Assembly: GCA_965603825.1 (NCBI GenBank)
Contig: CBFDEM010000058.1
Coordinates: 124,001-188,000 of the forward strand
Direction of reading: 5' to 3'
DNA: 64,000 nt
Origin: Blepharisma stoltei ATCC 30299
Taxonomy: Eukaryota > Protista > Ciliophora
Shown: piece by piece, positions 60,662-64,000 of the stretch
Position numbering within the stretch: the first letter of the stretch is position 1
How the letters are laid out: each line of letters opens with the position of its first letter
Notes under the pieces: model-generated
The model's input: only the letters and a program-made list of their open reading frames with translations
The model's database searches: none
Told to the model about the DNA's origin: nothing
Made by a program: the position numbers and the translations under genes

Positions 60662-63600
60662 ATGGAAGAACTGAAAACAGATATCCTGACGGCTCAGCCT
60701 GCGCTTTTTGCTCTATCTGCCTTAGTTGAAAAGCAAGTAAAAATAACCAAAAAGCCTACCAAAAAACGGCAATACAAAAAACCACTTACTCCTCAACAAA
60801 TTCGCCTAAATGAGATCATTGATGAGATCTCTGAATATATTATGGGAGCTGCCGAAGACTCATTGACAACCCCCTTTCAAATTAAATGCCTGGCACTTTC
60901 CCGAGACAACGTAAATTTATTTTTCGGAAGCAGCAATGGAAATATAGCTCGCTATAATAGGGTACAGAAAAATATAACAGATGATATTCCTCTTAATGTA
61001 GGACCAATATATGGGATCTGTCTAGATGAAATCAGCAGCAAAGCTTTTATTTGTGGAGAAGATCCTATTGTAAGGATTTATAGGCTTCCTAGATATGAAC
61101 TTGAGTTTGAATTAAAAGGGCACGAGCAGTCTGTGAATTCTATAAGGCTAGGACATACTAGAGAATTTTTGTACTCAGCAAGCAATGATGGGACAGTAAA
61201 GAAGTGGAACTTAAAAACACTGGAAAATGAAGGCACGATTATGCAGCATGTGGGAAAAGCATCGTCTTTAGCTTTGACAGTAAACGGAAAGTATGTATTT
61301 TCTGGAGGTGCTGATAATTTAATTAGGGTTTACCAACTTTTGCATGGCCAACAGATATTGAACTTAAAATCTCATAATGACTGTGTTAAGTCCTTAGCAG
61401 TAAATAGCCAATCAACGTTCCTGGCCTCAGGGTCTGATGATTGCACAGTAATTTTATGAAACATTGAAGATTTCACTCCGATCAGAGTTTTCATAGACCA
61501 TGAAGCCACAATTCAAGCTCTAGCTTTTAGCTTAGATGGTAGCATTCTTCTAACAGGCTCTGCTGATTTTACTATAAAAGTGTGGGACCTTGCAAAAGAA
61601 AGACGTGAAATCACCTTAAATTCCCACAAAAATATCATAAATGAGCTTATAATTTCTCCAAATCAAGATTTTATCATCTCTTGTTCTGATGATAAATCAT
61701 TAAGAGTATGGAGTTTCCCACAGTTTTTAGAAGAACAAGTCTTCAAAGCTCTTGAAAATTCTTTTAATTCAGTCGTAATCAGCCCTATAAGCAGTGAAGT
61801 AATTTCTTGTGGGACTGATAAGTACGTCAGATGGTGGAACCCCACAAAAGATGAAGCCTGTGTGCTATGTGAGACCAATGGGACTAGTCTAAAAGTGGCT
61901 GTCGCTAAAGATGAAAGTTGGATAGCAGCTGGTGATGACTTAGGGAAAATTTACCTTATAAACTATAAGGAAAAAAAGCTAGAAAAAGAAATCCAAGCAC
62001 ATCTAGGACCAGTAAGGGATTTATGTTTTTCTCATGATGCTAGATATTTGGTTAGTGGAGGTGGAGACTCTACTGTCAGTGTCTGGCACATTGAGAAATT
62101 AGAAGCCACTGTACTAAGAGGGCATTTGCAAAGCGTATGAGCTGTCGCTATAAGCTCTGATGGAGAAACTGCTATTTCTGGAAGTGGTGACGGAACATTG
62201 CGCGTTTGAGATGTATTTAAAGGCAAAGAAAGATACAGCGCTCAGTCACAAGAACAGATTTCTGCTTTGCAAATTGATAGGCAGGACAGATACGTGATTT
62301 CTGGAGACCTAAGAGGAAATGTCAAGATATGAAGCATATATGAAAAAGCGATAGAGACTGACTTTAATGAGCAGCATAGAGATTGTGTTACTTCTATCTA
62401 TGTATGCCATGATAATGAAAACTTTTTGACGTCTTCAAGAGATAAGACCATTTATATATTTTCACTAAAATACAGGGTAGCGCTGTCATATTTGACCAGA
62501 AAACAGACTATTTTTTCTATGGCAGTTTCCGCTGATGAGATGCTTATTGCTACAGGTGAGCAGGAAATGATTTATTTTCAAGAAAACCCATTAAAGTCTA
62601 CAAAGCCAAGAATTGTAGGCCCACATGAAGGGCTACAGAAGTTTATTGCATATGCAAAAGAAGTGATTAGTGATTCTGGCCCAGAACATGATTCTAGTAT
62701 GGACAATTTCATTATTCTGCCTTATTTTTTCAATATTCTACACATATATGCTTACTATAATTTTTCTAGTTACCTTAAACAGTCTTTATTACAATCGTCA
62801 GCTCCTATGGTTCCGTCTAGAGAAGGCCATACTCCAATGACAATCACTTTACTACGTAAAACAAGATACTCAAGAGACGAAATAATTAAGGCCCTTTACC
62901 GCTTTGGAAAAAGCAGCCCTTTTATATTGCTTACACTGGAGCGTGACATATTTGTGCTGACCAAGCTAGGGCTGCCATTAGTAGAAGAACTCTATAAAGT
63001 ACTATTTCAACAAGCAAGTAGACATTCTTTGCCGAAATTTTGTGAAGACGAAGAAATGATTTTGCCGATTGTTAATTTGTCTGAGCACCCCAGAATAAAA
63101 CCAGTTGAATTTATGGACGAATCTTTGATGGGAAATAGTGGAAAGTGCATTTGCTTTATGGAAAGCTATGTAAAAATAGCTTTAACTGTAGGCAGCAAAG
63201 AAAGCATTGATTTTTTAGAATCACTATCAAAATGCAAAAATAACGAAATTTTTAGAACTCCATTTATTAAATCAATAATTGATTATAAGTGAAGGCAAGT
63301 AGGATTTATGATGAAAACGCTCGGTGGGATGTATTTTTTGTATTTATTAATCATGTGCTTATATACTGCATATTTCCAAGGAAACGTGTATTTTCAGTCA
63401 GCTTTATTTGTCTTTAATGTCATTTTGACTGCATTTGAAACTTTCCAACTGTGTGTGTCAGGGAGCCATTATTTTACATATGTATGGAATTATATTGATT
63501 GAACAAGAAGCATTTTGGTACTTGTTTACTTAATAAACTCCTGGTCTGATGTAGATATGGAGCTTAATTTTTCAATCTTTTCTTTAGCGACCTTTGTAAG

Positions 63601-64000
63601 CTGAATCAGAGGTTTTTCATTTTTCAGGATTTTCTCAAAAACAAGATATCTGACTAATATGGTTGTAGAGGTCATAAAAAGCATTACAGGGTTTTTAGTT
63701 ATCATGGCATATTCCACCTTAGCCTTTACCTTTTTATTTATGGTCCTAGCTGGTCTCCACGCTAACCCTTCATTTTTAAGCTATTTATCAGTCTCATATA
63801 ACTTAATGCTCGGCGCTTTTGATGATGGGGAATATGATATAATTGAATGGACCTGCATAACCTTTGCTTTAATAGTAAACCCTGTTGTCATCCTAAATCT
63901 GCTAATATCAATTGTATCGGATGCTTTTGATAAAGTCAAAAGCGACAGTATCTCAGCTGACGCCAGAGAGCTTGTAGACATGATAATTGAAATAGAAAAT
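60662..64000 (+). CDS. WD40-repeat plus TRP-like ion-channel protein; runs off the window end
   Basis: One frame via TGA. Many GH...WD/WN repeats, then IIDYKW, YFTYVWNYIDW, FRIFSKTRYLTNMV, LMLGAF and ILNLLISIVSDAFDKV. Confidence 0.88.

Noticed and set aside
1-64000. tRNA, rRNA, CRISPR arrays, telomeric repeats, prokaryotic operons
   Set aside because: None seen. Gene content and introns are eukaryotic, and the bacterial-like genes are embedded among host genes, several using the host code.

Overview
This is AT-rich, gene-dense eukaryotic DNA, not bacterial. In-frame TGA repeatedly falls at conserved Trp positions while TAA and TAG terminate genes, and there are 15-nt GTA...AG introns with an invariant A at position 10. 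That combination points to the macronuclear genome of a Blepharisma-like heterotrich ciliate (inference). The supplied ORF track uses the wrong code, so it splits many genes and misses some entirely. Re-reading with TGA=Trp gives about 40 genes. Housekeeping genes include a USP, CCT4, glycerol kinase, sideroflexin, a Polo kinase, OSBP, RPB12, EMC6 and a TBC GAP. There are eight short Kelch-like paralogs (two frameshifted), a large PAS-domain membrane protein, a kinase-ANTH-kinase fusion and a WD40-TRP-like channel fusion. Several genes look bacterial: a hidden NlpC/P60 (phage Amidase_5-like) peptidoglycan hydrolase domain, a decayed AAA-ATPase-like gene, a bacterial-type HD hydrolase, a GcvR-like ACT protein and a secreted uncharacterised protein. 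I saw no rRNA, tRNA, CRISPR array, telomere repeat or intact transposon. All family assignments come from motif recognition by eye, not from database searches.
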